A DNA stretch of 64,000 nucleotides from Leucoraja ocellata. Its lineage: Eukaryota. Shown here one piece after another: positions 37,191-53,100 of the stretch. Numbering within the stretch: position 1 is the first letter of the stretch; every line of letters starts with the position of its first letter. The DNA is taken from positions 868,001 to 932,000 of the forward strand of contig JAWMAR010000391.1 of assembly GCA_036785375.1 (NCBI GenBank), in the 5' to 3' direction. Position numbers and translations under genes: made by a program. The notes under the pieces were generated by a model that saw only the letters and a list, made by a program, of their open reading frames with translations, made no database searches and was not told where the DNA came from.

Positions 37191-39451
37191 TCGCTTATTT
37201 GGAGGATGCTACGCTGGAGGAAGAATTTTGCTCCCAGTGTTTAACTTGTACATAAACACGGAATGCATGTGTCAGTCAGATAAGGTAAATGCTGCTTGGG
37301 ATGTTATGGAGGTGGAATTCAATTCCGGTTTTTAAAAAAAAGTATTTAAAGGGAGTGTCTAATAATAAATAGTTATGTCATGTTATTCAGCAATTTCTGC
37401 CTTTCATCTGTTGTCAATATTGCAGCAGCTATCTTAAAGTTTTGCAGTTTATTAATTTAAACAAAATTGGCTGAAGGTTATCTTTTGGCACATTAATGTA
37501 GATATTTCCCACAATATGAAAGTTTGGGTCGATGATTTAATATACTGATATCTTGTGTGTACCTCAGTATCTGACTTTACTGGTTAAATTTTGCAAATTT
37601 GTGCTGCTTTTGGCAAATAGTTGCTATCTTCATATACTTTATTATTTCTGACTTCTGATGCCTTATAAAACAGAGTTGTAGAATATTGGTATTGGATCCT
37701 TTTTTGATAAAGTTTAATTGTACATGGACAAGTTATTTCTTGTAATATCATTACACCCTAATAGTGGTCAATACCAACATTCAATCATTGTCCATTGCAT
37801 TTAGTCCAAATGCTTAATAATTCATGAGTAATGGGAAAGACGCTTCTTACTCTGGCCATTTGAGAGGTCGGCTCCCAAATCAATGGAGAAGGCTTGATGA
37901 GAGCAAGACTTCTGAGCATTGGAGCAGTTCCAAATCTCACTGGCTGGCAGAGCTACCATTTAAATTGGATTTACTGTGAACGGTGGATCATCAGCACCAA
38001 TCAAACATGCATTGCTTTGTAGTGTGCGTTTTGTCAGGTGTTTTATTTATGAATGTGAGTTTTATGAATTGTGATTTGTTTACATAGTGAACAGTTATCC
38101 CCCATTTTCCTTTTGTCTTCAAATAGTGAATTTTTTAAAAGTATTTTGTTGCACAGCAGGTAAATTTAAGCTTTGAATTACATTGTGTTAATATAAATTT
38201 GTGTTGAATCTTATTCCCATCGCTGAATTTTTTAAAAACTTTTTAAGTATGGTTTTGGCCATCGTTCAGGAATATTTACACAACGTTTCGTATTGGGTAA
38301 CTTTTCTTTTTCCCCATTATAATGCAGGAACATTTGTCAGATGCAACTTTCTAAGTGTTGATGATTTCCATAAAAGCTCATGCAATTAATAATTTACTCT
38401 TAATATCACTGGCTTTTAATTTAAAGAACATGTTTAAATGGGGTTTCTGCATTTGGCGGGGACAATATAATCTGGGGGGTAAATATGGACATAATGCACC
38501 AAATGATAAAGGGTCTGAAGAAATGTCGCCCATTCCTTCTCTCCATAGATGCTGCCTCACCTGCTGAGTTACTCCAGCGTTTTGTGTCTACAAATGATAT
38601 TTAAACCTACCCATGGTCAACCATTACTGATTAATTTAATAGGCCATGTGGTGGGTTCTGTATTAAATTTCAATGGGCGAGTAAACATGAAATGAATGAA
38701 CAATTATTGATTAAAAGTTTCTGCAGTTACCGATTGTTAAAGTGCTTCAATCCATGCATTATATTAAATTGCTCGATATTTTCCAGACTTGCCCTTTTCA
38801 ATAAAAATAAAAACAACAAATAAACACATTACCCAGCAGGGCAGGCAAATATTTTGTTTTTACTTTGAACCCTCTAGTACAAATAAAATAAAAATAAAAG
38901 ATTTGGCCATTCTGTCTATAGAATTCCAGAAACTAATACCAGCACATTTCACTTATCAGATTTAATGCATTGCAATTGGAGCTGAAGTCTGCTGTTGAAT
39001 TCTGGAACTAGGTTTAGTGCCTGCTGCCTTAACTATACATTAATAATGGTGGACTTTTCCCAAGATTACCTAAACACAATACAATATATTAAAAACAATT
39101 GCATTTTTCTTTTGATATAATGGGGCAATTTATAGGTTAGTTATTCTTGCAAACTGTGAATTAAAGTTCTTTCTGATGGAATATTTAAGTCTACGTACAT
39201 TACAAACACAGGTACAAATGTACTAATGAATATGGTGTATTAGAACAAGTTATCAGATTGGGTGAGCCTTTAAAAAAAGATAATCATCGGTAATGGCAAT
39301 TCATGATTCTATTGTTGATCTTTTGTGGATTCGTCACATGACAAAGGTATGGTAACTTTTGAACGGTGTTTGGGTGGATGGGGGAAGAAGTGTTTAATAT
39401 CTAAAGAAGTGAGAATGCAGGCCTCAGATCTAAAATTACCCCCAGACCTAA

Positions 39452-41290
<1,839 letters not shown>

Positions 41291-41375
41291 ATATTGCTAT
41301 AGTGGTCTGAGGAAAAAGGCTTTTGTTCACATGCCGTCACTACCAAGCTTGGATTTTCACAAAACCACTGAAGGG
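41291..41375 (+). CDS. RFX7: RFX7 coding exon 6 ([28 protein letters not shown])
   Basis: Follows the AC acceptor; donor GGG|GTAAGT; end of the DNA-binding domain. Confidence 0.95.
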
Positions 41376-42410
41376 GTAAGTATCATACTATACTATAACA
41401 ATATGTTTTCCTTCACTATTGGAAAGAATATTGTGTGTGCAACTGTCATCTTCCACTGTTTCAGTTGAAAGTGGCAGTCCTATCTTTATATCCACCAATA
41501 GCAAAACCTCACCCACACTTGAATTTGCAGACAAATCTGGAGAACTTGTTCTTCAGTACAACGTTAAGTCCTGCACTCGTGTTAACCATTCTAAACTGCT
41601 TTCATACAGCTGCAGAATGTTCTTAAATGTTAGATTAAGTCATGCTTAATCACTTATAATACATCTGTGTGCTCAGGTATTCCTGCACATTATACTTTTT
41701 AGTGGTCTTACTGTTGTTAGTATGGTGAATACTTCATTATACATAGTTCTGGAATGTGCCCTTCACTCCAGGATGTTTATGCTTTTGATGCCAATTTAAA
41801 CTGTACATCTGTCTGTACATGGTCTATATCCTTCCATTGTCTGACCGTGCCTTTTAAAATGCCTCTTAAACACTTTTATGTATCTGCTTCAACCATCTCC
41901 TCAGCAGTGCATTCCAGGCACTTCCCATTCTCTGTGTAAATAAACTTACCTTGCAAATCTCTTTAAGCTTTCCCTTTCCTCCCTCTAGTATTTGATATTT
42001 CTATCCTGGGGAGGTGGGGGGGGGGGGGACAATCCCATCTCTGCTTCCTAGAATTTTAAATGCTTTACAGCCTTTTATTTAATCTTTGAAAGTCAATCTG
42101 TAATAGCTCTTTCTGTTTGACTCTCCCACAAATTTATATTTGCCCATTTTATCAGAAAGCTTGCTGATGCCATCTGAAAACACATTAACATCGTCCATTT
42201 GTATATTTCTCTTCACTGCCTTTCAACCTCTTTTTTAAGTTACACATTTATTATATGAGGAGAATTTTCTTTCCGTAAATATTCTGAAGTTAAAGCATTG
42301 CTTTGAATATGTCCACTTTGTTTCATGGCTTACCAGCTTCATCCCTCCCTTGGATAACTATCTCAGGTTGTCCAAGATTGTTGATAAACGATGTTAAACA
42401 CTGACATGTT

Positions 42411-43215
42411 TAAGAAAGAACTGCAGATGCTGAAAAAATCGAAGGTAGACCGAAATGTTGGCCATGGAGGAGGCCCAGGACAGAAAGGTCGGATTCGGAA
42501 TGGGAGGGGGAGTTGAAGTGCTGAGCCACCGGGAGATCAGGTTGGTTATTACGAACTGAGCGGAGGTGTTGGGCGAAGCGATCGGCAAGCAACAAGTGTA
42601 GCATTGCAACCGCAGGAAATGCTACACTTGTCGCTTTACCGCCCCCTCGACTCCATCCAAGGACCCAAGCAATCTTTTCAGGTGAGGCAGAAGTTCACCT
42701 GCACCTTCTCCAACCTCATCTATTGCATCCGCTGTTCCAGGTGACAACTGCTCTACATTGGTGAGACCAAGCGCAGGCTTGGAGATCGCTTCGCCTAATA
42801 CCTTCGCTCAGTTCGCAATAACTAACCTGATCTCCCGGTGGCTCAGCACTTCAACTCCCCCTCCCATTCCGAATCAGACCTTTCTGTCCGGGGCCTGCTC
42901 CATGGCCAGAGTGAGTCCCACTGCAAATTGGAGGAGCAGCACCTCATATTTTGCTTGGGTAGTTTACACCCCAGCGGTATGAACATTGACTTCTCCAATT
43001 TCAGGTAGTCCTTGCTTTCTCCCTCATTCCCCTTCCCTTCCCAGCTCTCCCACTGGTCTTACTTTCTCTGTCTACATTCTATCTTTTTCCCGTGCCCCCC
43101 CCCCCCCCCCCCCCACATCAGTCTGAAGAAGGGACTCGACCCGAAACGTCGCCTATTCCCTCACTCCATAGATGCTGCCTCACACGCTGAGTTTCTCCAG
43201 CATTTTTGTCTACCT
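42411..43215 (+). mobile_element. Penelope-like retroelement fragment (GIY-YIG endonuclease) with inverted 5' piece
   Basis: CNRRKCYTC Cys linker, then NLIYCIRCSR*QLLYIGETKRRLGDRF and VAQHFN with internal stops; flanked by TTAAACA/CCTGACATGTT duplication. Confidence 0.9.
43123..43150 (+). ncRNA. Minimal hammerhead ribozyme motif (Penelope-associated)
   Basis: CTGAAGA-A-GGG actcga CCC-GAAA-CGTC. Confidence 0.65.
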
Positions 43216-44400
43216 TTAAACCCTGACATGTTCATCCAAGCACATAAATATTCTATTACCAAGAATAAATACTTGCACTTCTATAATGAAGGAGCACATA
43301 CTGTAAATAGTGTGAGTTTGCATAGCTTTGATTGCCAAGGGATTTGGCTGTCCTATGGTGTGATTTGCACACAGCTGGTATGCTGGTACAGGAAGCAAAC
43401 AATATTATAGTTCATTGCCGGTATAATTTAATACAAAATAAGGAGATGGTTCTTATGTTGTATAGGGTTTTGGTAAAGTCATATCTGTAGGACCGTGTAC
43501 AATATGGAACTCCTTAATGAGAGACAGGTGTAAATGCATTGAAGCAATTCAGGGCAGATTTACTGGACCCATTCCTGGAACAAATAGGTTGAACTATAAG
43601 GAAAGGTTGGATAAGATGGGCATTTTCCCGAAAAAATATAGATGTGAGAAAGAATTTGATTGAAGGCGCAAGATACTGAGAAATCTTGACAGAGTGGATA
43701 TAAAGATAATATTTCTTCCTGTGGAAGAATCGAGTAGAGGTAATTGTCTTGAAACAGCATATTGACTGGCAGCATGGCCTGGTTCAGCAACTCGAATGAC
43801 CAGGAATGTAAGAAGATTACTAAATGTAGTGGACGTCACTTTGTCCTTCATGGGTGCTGACTTCTCCACCATCGAAGGGATCTGTACAAGGCAGTGCTTC
43901 AGAAAGGCAGCAAGCATCGTCAAGGGCCCTCCCCACTGTGGCCATGCTCTCATTTAACTCCTGACTGAAATGAGAGCATGGCCAGGGTGGGAAGTGCCCT
44001 TGATGATGCTAGCCGCTTTACTGAAGCATCTTTCAGATGGCAGGAGTGAAATGCCTGAGAACTATCATGTCCAGGCTTGGGACCACCTTCGTCGCAACAA
44101 CCATCAGTCTCTTGAACACTATGAACACCAACTAAACTACAAACTGGCATTGCAGTTTTGTTTGGCATCAAAATTATTATTTTTTAATTTATTGAACTTT
44201 TATTGTTTATTGTGTTACCTATGAGTACTGTGATTACAGACCTGTTATACTGTTGCAAGTAACAATTTCATTGTTCCATTGTCAGTACATGTGATAGTTA
44301 AACACCAGTTGCAACCAATTTCACAGTGCAGACAGCAAATATTCAGGAAATGTACATGCTTAAAGTTTCCTGCACAATAATAAATGGCAGTATTTGACCT

Positions 44401-44582
44401 TAGAAACAGAAACATAGAAAATAGGTGCAGGAGTAGGCCATTCGGCCCTTCGAGCCTGCACCGCCATTCAATATGATCATGGCTGATCATCCAACTTGGT
44501 ATCCTGTACCTGCCTTCTCTCCATACCCCCTGATCCCTTTAGCCACAAGGGCCACATCTAACTCCCTCTTAAATATAGCCAA
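44401..44582 (-). mobile_element. Young CR1-type LINE 3' end, inverted
   Basis: Reverse complement of 46584-46758; a related minus-strand copy lies at 34405-34630. Confidence 0.85.
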
Positions 44583-44710
44583 CCTCAAATGGTTTTTGTG
44601 ATTAAAAGATGAGATTATCACGCAGAGATATTCCTTATTTTTGGAGTGAATGTTTTATTTTCCACTGTTAATAATTAGAGACTAATTTTTGATTATCTTG
44701 TTTTTTTTAG

Positions 44711-44918
44711 TCTGAAGGATCAGACTGTGCAGGGCACTTGCAGAGTATTGATGAAGAGGTCAGATCTGCAGCTTGCAGTCTGGTGTGTGAGTGGGCCCAG
44801 AAGGTATTAATTCGCAAGTTTGATTCGGTGGTCGATCTCGCACGCTTCCTTGTAACCAGTCACTATATTGTCACTAAATCCGTCGCTGCGTTGTCCATGA
44901 TGACTGGTGATCCTTCAG
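44711..44918 (+). CDS. RFX7: RFX7 coding exon 7 ([33 protein letters not shown]...GDPS)
   Basis: T-rich tract then TAG acceptor; G|GTGAGC donor; [10 protein letters not shown] motif. Confidence 0.95.
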
Positions 44919-45147
44919 GTGAGCGATTGAGTGTATGGAATATCTCCCCATTAAATATTTTAAGACTACTTTGCTGCTGCTTAATATACAACGTTTTTAT
45001 GATGGTAAAGGAAACAAGTTGCCAAGTACAGTATTGCTTGCATTATTGGTTATGAAGTTCAACTACATACTGTAGTTACGTGAGGGGAGTTGCTCCTTCC
45101 CTTTCCTGATACGTGCATGATGTTGCAACTTTTATGTCGTCACAATG

Positions 45148-46280
45148 AAGTACAGATGCTGGTTTACAAAAAAAGACACAAAGCATTGGAGTAACTCAAC
45201 GGGTCAGGTAGCATCTCTGGAGAACATGGATAGGTGACATTTGGGACTGGGACCCTCCTCCAGACAGATTGTGGTGGTGGGGGAGAAAGCTGAAAGACAG
45301 GAGGGGCAGGACACTACCAGGTGTGTGATAGGTGGATACAGGTGAGATGAGCTTTGATAGGCAGATGTTCAGAAAGCCAGAAAAGTGAGAGTTAAGGTTA
45401 GAAGAGTTGTAATTTGTGAAGCCAGAGGAATATAGGTGGAAGGGGAGGGGCAATGGGCTGTGGCAATGGAGGAGCCCCTCAACAGAAAGATCAGTAAGGG
45501 GATTTAAAATGGTTAGCAACCGGGAGATCCAGTCGGCTTTGCCGGACCCAGCGCAGGTGTTCGATGAAACGGTCGCCGAGTCTATGCTAGGTCTCGCCAA
45601 TTTAAAAGAATACAGTAGTTGACGTTAGAGGAGGTGTACGTGAACCTCTGTTTCATCTGGAAGGACTGCTGGAGTCCCTGGATGTATGTGAGGGAGGAGG
45701 TATATGGACTGGTATTACACCTGTGGTTTCAGGGGATAGTGCATGGGGGAAGGGGTTGTTTGGGTGGGAAAGGATGAACGAACTAAGGAGTTGCAGAGGG
45801 AGTGGTCTCTGGAATGCAGAAAGGAACGAATGGAAGATATGACTGGTGGTGGGGGTCACATTGAAAGTTGTGGAAACATCAAAGAATGATGTGTTGGATG
45901 CGAAGGCTGCTGGGGGTGAAAGGTGAGGGCCTGGAGAACTACCATTGTTCTGTCTGCGGGGAGGTGTGAGAGCAGGACTCACTGGGACACATAGGAGGTG
46001 TCCATTTATGAGGGGGAAGAGGGGAAAGCATGATTACTAGGGAAAGAGAGTATTTTGGATGTCCTACAATGGAAAAGCTCATCTTGGGAGATGATGCGAT
46101 GGAGAAACTAAGAGTTGGGGATACTGTCTTTGCAAGAGACAGGGTGGGAGGAGGTGCATTCCAGATGACTGGGAGTCAGTGGGTTTGGAGTCGACTTCAA
46201 TCAATAGCCTGTTCCCCATGATGGAGACAAAGAGATCAAGAAAGAGGAGAGGCATCGGATGGCAGATATTCTGTTCGGTG
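45148..46280 (-). mobile_element. Older Penelope-like element fragment
   Basis: Same terminal motif (CAGATGCTGG...GAGTAACTCA) and degraded endonuclease-like sequence on the minus strand. Confidence 0.7.
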
Positions 46281-46445
46281 AAGGATTTGTGTGTGCAACT
46301 TAGTTTAAACATAGTTGAAGGCAAATTGGTTTGTCAGATCCACACTAGATCTTGCACTGAGTAAAGTCATCAAACTAATTCCTGCTCTTTGTTTCTCTGA
46401 AGTCCAGCAATTTAACACACATGCCCATCAACTTCCCTTCTATTT

Positions 46446-46765
46446 GGGAAATCCAGGACAAGGGGTCACAGCTTAAGGATAAGGGGGAAATCCTTTAAAA
46501 CTGAGATGAGAAGAACTTTTTTCACACAGAGAGTGGTGAATCTCTGGAACTCTCTGCCACAGAGGGTAGTTGAGGCCAGTTCATTGGCTATATTTAAGAG
46601 GGAGTTAGATGTGGCCCTTGTGGCTAAGGGGATCAGGGGGTATGGAGAGAAGGCAGGTACGGGATACTGAGTTGGATGATCAGCCATGATCATATTGAAT
46701 GGCGGTGCAGGCTCGAAGGGCCGAATGGCCTACTCCTGCACCTAATTTCTATGTTTCTATGTTTC
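46446..46765 (+). mobile_element. Young CR1-type LINE 3' end
   Basis: Nearly identical to 32570-32885; (TTTCTATG)n tail. Confidence 0.88.
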
Positions 46766-48031
46766 TTTTTTACCCACATTAAACTTGTCCCATTAGCCTG
46801 CATTTGGCCAATATCCCTCTAAACCTATCCAATCCATTTATCCTTCCCTGTAAATTACAATTCATTATGAATATGCAGTATAACACATCATTCAAAAATG
46901 ATATGCTCGGATATATTAAAAGAAAGCCATTTCAATAAACTATCAAATTCCAACAACTATCAGTAAAAATTATATTTACTGATAATTTAAAACTTGTATG
47001 AATGCAGTTATCCAGCGATCCAGAGACATGGGTTTGATTCTGACCTGCTGTGTTACTTAATGGAGTTTTCATGCTCTCCCTGTGCCCATGTGTGCTTCTC
47101 CCTCAGGTGCTCAATTTGTTCTGACATCCTAAAGACATGCTGACTGTCAGGTGAATTGTCTACTATACGACTGGGCGATAGAAGTATTGGGAAGTTGATG
47201 AGCATGTATATGAGAATGGGGTTCAGGGGAAAAATGTAGAGGACTTGACAATGGTTTCATGGCTTTTCATTGTATTTTATCTTGTCAATTAAAAAACAAA
47301 ATTGTTGGCAAGATTCCGCAATGAGAAAGGGATAATGAGATTTTATTGATTATGTTGCATTGTTAAACCCATGCAGGCAAGAATGCTGCCTAGGGACTAT
47401 ACAGTATCTTGATATTTTTTATGTTGACGTGCTGTAAAAGCTGGACAGTTCTACATTGCTGGCACTGATATTATTGATCAGCAACAGACAAGTTTTTATT
47501 TATTATGTCGTAACAAAAGAACCTGAAGAACCACATATTACCTAACTGCTTTGCTTTTAATATCATATGTAAGAAATAACTAGCAACTGCAAAAGGCAAA
47601 AATAGTTGTGCCCAGGTTCCTGGATGAATTATGAAATATAACTATCGAAATCTTATGCTTTTATTTCGTGACTAATTGCTTATAAAAATGATTAGATTTA
47701 TGTCTTTCTCTAGGGAGTTGGTGTTTCAACTATTGCAGAAACGATTGGAAATGCACCAGAGTTTAATGTGCTCAAAGAAATACAGAGCATTATGGAAACA
47801 GAATAGTTGTTTTCAACAATGATTATATCATGTTTCCATTTTTATCAGAGATCCAAAAAATGTACTGAAAGCACGGGTGGTGAAATGGTTATCATGAAAA
47901 ATATAGTAATAAGCAGCTAACAAAATCAGAAGCTGCATGTTTCAGAGCTAAATATCCTCATGATTTTGATGCTGACTTATCGAGTGTTCATAGTTTTGCG
48001 TGTTCACAGTTTATAATTTCCTTTGTTGCAG

Positions 48032-48336
48032 GAGGGAAGCAACCTTCTGCATTTGTGCCTATGGCTGAAAGCAACTCTTTTCAGCCCCAAGTGAAGACTT
48101 TGCTTTCGCCATCAATAGATGCCAAACAACAATTACAGCGCAAAATTCAACAAAATACACTGAAGAAACAACAAGAACAGAAACTTCAATCTCCACTTCC
48201 AGGCGAGCAACAAGGGAAGAAGATAGAGGGCCCCACTGTTGGAGGAGTAACTAACATTCCCAATGGAAGCCCAGCTTTGCTTTCTCCACAGCCCACAATT
48301 GGCATAGTAGTGGCAACTGTTCCCAGCCCTATCCAG
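48032..48336 (+). CDS. RFX7: RFX7 coding exon 8 ([21 protein letters not shown]...VPSPIQ)
   Basis: TTGCAG acceptor, CAG|GTAGGT donor; [11 protein letters not shown] motif. Confidence 0.95.
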
Positions 48337-50148
48337 GTAGGTTATTCGTGATTCAGTGTTAAGATTGACAATCAAAGTGAAGACTGTTGGAGAGGGTGGT
48401 GTGGAGTGAGGGGAGGTGGCAGGATTTAAAAATCTAATGAATAAAATCACATAATTTTTCAATTGTAAAGTCACATAACGTAGGTACGTGGTATCAGGTG
48501 GTTTAATTGCTTCGGTGCTGCACATCCAGTTTCAGGGTAATGGTTCAGTTAAAATTTCTTGTGCTGATTTGGCGATGCATGGTCTGATACTATTATTTAC
48601 TTGGCCACTTTTCCCAGTGTTGTTACTTGTCAGCACTATGTATTTTTCCAAAGGTCAAGCATTGAAAAAAAAGCTCTGAAACACATCTTTAATGCATTTT
48701 CCCAATCCATATCCATCCTCTCTTCATTTTTAAGTAATTACCTTTATTTTTGTTTAAGATCCTATTCTCACACGGGTTTGCCACTCCAAACTAGATGTGA
48801 AAGTCCATCATGCTATGATCACTTCTTTCAAAGAATTCTTGCCATGAGAACACCAATTTAATCCTGTCTTTTGCCTGGTTCACAAGGGGAGCTGCCCTAT
48901 GAAATGGTTCAGCATGCATTCTATGAATCTATCCATAAGACTGCCTTTATGAGGTTGATTTGCCCAATCAATATGAAATTCAAGTTTCCCATGATTTTGT
49001 TCACTGCCTTACTGTGCCTTTGTCACAAGCCCCCTTTATTTTGTGATCAATACCATGTACAGCAATGTAGTAATTATGTGGAGACACACTGATTTCATTC
49101 TTTCTTATCCTGGGCCAGGCTGGCTCTATTTGCTGATTTTTGAGGCCTGAATATCATTCACAGCATTCATTTTACTCCTCTTTCTGAAATGCCAAATACC
49201 CAAGTATAGTCAATTCCCAGCAAGAGAAAATAAAAAAAACTGCAGATGCTGGAATTATGAAATTAAAGGAGAAAATGCTGTCAAAAGTCAAGTAGAAAAG
49301 TATTTCCACCACTTTCTGTTTTTTATTTATTTCACAGCTTTGATCACCTTGCATATACATCACTAATGCAATTGTGCCCATTTATGTCTCTGGGCAATGA
49401 GTTCATCAGACATGCGTTGAGATTCCAAACCTTTGGCTTCAACATATAATGATTTTTTTAAAATTAACTACGGAAGCTAAATATTTAGCGTCACATTTAG
49501 CACTTTTTGTGCTGCATGTTTGACCATATTTTTGTCTGGATTCTCTCTGCTGCTGCTTATCATTAATTGTATTAACTTGTCCTTTTTCTTTAACTAATTC
49601 AATTAACACCATCCATTCCCCAACTTCCACCTCATTATTCATCTTAAACCCTAACCGTCCTAGTTACTTACTTTTCCAGGGAACTTTTCTCTGGATCATG
49701 GCTGATCTACCTACCCCTCTTAACCCCATTCTCCTGCCTTCTCCTCATAACTTGTACTAATCAAGAATCTTAACTATCGCTGCCGTAAAAATATAGTACA
49801 ATGCAGTTCTACCTAAAGTTGTATAGATCAATGTCAATTTGAATGTTTCATTTTCATTGCAACGTGATCAGCAAAACTACTAATAGTGAATGCTTTTAGT
49901 GCACATGATTTTCTTAGGACACTTTCAATAATTAACAGTGCAATTGCTTTAATTTTGAAACTAGTTGTGAAGGAAGTAAAATACTTTTATGCTTGGATGC
50001 ATTGGTTGGATATTTTTCTTATCATAGCTTTGCAAAAAAAACATAGAAAATTGTTGACCATTTAATGTGTGCAAGGAAAAGCATTTCCTCTACTTTGAGT
50101 TCATTTATTAAACTTAGTTCTTATGTAACTGTTATGGTGTTTTTTTAG

Positions 50149-53100
50149 ATGCAAAGAAGCAGGCAGATGATGACGTCACCAAGTCCATTGGGTCCATCAG
50201 AAAGCAAGGTCCTTCCTTTGAATGTTCAGGTTGTGGCTCAACATATGCAGTCAGTCAAACAGCAGCAGAAGACTATCCAGAATATTCCTGCAAGTCCACA
50301 TAATGACCGCTCAAGGCCACGTTATCATCAAATCTTGCCTAAACCACCTTCAACCAACACACTTACTCTTACCTCTCCAACAAGGGTACTTTTGGCCAGT
50401 AGCAGTCCAATTAAAACTGTTGTTTCTGGAGCATCCCATCCAAGCTCTTTGAATATGGTGAAGATGACTACAATATCTCTTCCACCCAGTACAGGTGCAT
50501 CTCCTAAACCTACATCCTCAGCGAGTAACAGTGGTGGAGTAACAGAAAAAACAAAATCTACGTCAACTGTGAAAGTTGGCGCAACTTCTCTTTCTGCTGC
50601 TGGGTCCAGATCAAGTAGTGCCACAACTACACCTACTGCGGAGGTCATCAAATACGAACAGGAAGCGATATCAAATGATGAAAAGCAGATTCAGTGCCAA
50701 GATCATTCAAGAAACCTGAATGATCCCAGAAGAGCTTCTGGTTCTCCGTCCGGACAGAGAGGTAATAGTGAAAGTACCACAAAAGTGAAGACGCCAAATG
50801 GGAGAATATCTACTGAGAAGGCAGCTAAAGTCTGTAATGGTCAGAAAACTGAAGGAAAACGGTCAAAAAATGATGGCAAGTTTTTACACAATGAAAATCT
50901 GGCCATTTCATTGTCTGGAAATAATCAAAATTCTCTTGTTGTTTCCTCTGCTTTAATGATGAGCACCAGCATTAGTTCAAAATCCAATGCCGATACTGCC
51001 AGATTTCATAAAGATAATGGGATGTGCCCAAAAAGCCCAAGGAAACGGTCTCCCTCAAATTCGTTATCTGAGCCACTGGTGCCACCTGTGAAGAAAGCTC
51101 TGGTTTTGGAACCCATTTTCGATAGTGCAGAACATCAGATCAGTCCTGGAACTGCAGTAGTGACACCTCCGAAGCTCTCTGCAGGTGTACTGGTAAAAAA
51201 TGAGAAAACCCCAACATCTCAGGTTCATACACCTAGTAAAATTACTGTTAAACTAAATACAACAGGTATAACTCGTATATTAGCCAACCCTTCATCCGAT
51301 ATCCAAGTGGTCACCTTGGGTTGTGTTCAGACGGATACAGAACAAATGTCTATCTTTCAGGAAAACGAGACCGCAGACTTGGAAAGGGGCTTATTTTCTG
51401 TGCAGGGACACAACACAAGTACAAAGCTGTTTGCCGATCATACTGATATCCAGCATATCAAAAGGAAACACCAATGTTTTTTTATGAATACAGAAAGGCA
51501 GGCAGCTGTAAATGCTAATACAATAGGGAATTCAGGGACCATTGATTTTCGAGAATCTGCATGGGAGCCAGCACAATGTAATGGGTTGGATCAGCAGCCT
51601 TATGATCAACAGTTGCATGCTCAAAATCAGATGCAAGTTTCTAATTCGGTTCAGCTGCAAGGACACCATCCAGTGCAGTTGTCACACCCGTTACCTCTGC
51701 AGGATAATTTGATGGATCTCACTGCTCCAAGTTCACAACCCAGTGACAACTACTTTCAATTTGACGATGATCTTACACAGGACAGTATTGTAGAAGAACT
51801 TGTGTTATTTGAAGAGCAAATGTCCTTGAATGTTGATTATGAATCTGCGTTGGGAATACCTGCTCATAGTCATTCTGCAGGAAGTCAGAATACACTGTTA
51901 TCTCATCAAATGGGGCAATTCTATCATCCCATCCATAGCAGTGGCACTCCAACCCCAACGCCAACACCAACTCTGACACCCAATCCGACACCTACATCAG
52001 AAATGATTGGCTCCCAAACATGTTCCAGTCCTAGCTCCAGAATGGCACAATCCACACCTGTTGACAGTGCTCTCGGTAGTAGCAGGCATACGCCAATTGG
52101 TACACCTCATTCAAACTGCAGCAGTAGTGTACCTCCGAGCCCTGTTGAGTGCCGGAACCCTTTTGCTTTTACTCCCATAAGCTCCAGCCTGGCCTACCAG
52201 GATGCTAGTGTAATTTCCAGTAGTCCTGTTAAACCGATGCAACGGCCCATGGCTACTCATCCAGACAAAACAAAAATTGAATGGATGAATAATGGATACA
52301 ACACTGGAATGAGCAATCCAGCAATGTTGACCAGTGGTGTTGGTATTCTTCCTAGTTACCAGAAACTTACAGAGGATCACTTTAGAAAACCACATGCCTT
52401 TGCAGTTCCTGGACAGACAATGCAATCATATCATAATACTGTGCAGTTACAGTCCAGACATCATGATGCTCAAATGGGCCGTGTTACTCCTGTTTCACCT
52501 ATACCACACCAGGCAGCGTCAATGGCTAATGGCAATAAGCAGGAGGGCTTTGCAGTGCCAGCGCCTCTTGACAACAAAGGAATCCATTCACTGATCAATA
52601 ATTTTAGGTGCCGCAGTGTCAGTCCTGCTGTTCGTCAACGTAATCTTAGCGGAAGCACAGTTGGTCCAGTGATTAATCTGCCGAGAACAAGTTTGGCAAC
52701 TTTTGGAAGCCCAATGACACCCGAGGTTCACAACACATTTGTTAACAATATTTCTGATAATAGTGCCAACAGCATAGCTCAAAGAAGCCAATCTGTCCCT
52801 TTGTCTGTTATGATGCAGAATACTTTTCCATCTTACCAGAAGCCAACTAACACGAAAAAGATAACAAATGTGTTGTTAAGTAAACTTGATTCTGAAGGTG
52901 ACGATGCAATGAGAGGCTTAGGAATAAATAATTTGCCCTCCAATTATACAGCACGAATGAATCTTACTCAGATATTAGAGACAACATCTAATTTTGCCAA
53001 CCAGCAACCAATGATTAATCCAGGCTCTTCTGTCTTTGAATTCCAAAAGCCCAGTTATGTAACAAAACACATCAATAATGATCAGATGGGTTATATTTCT

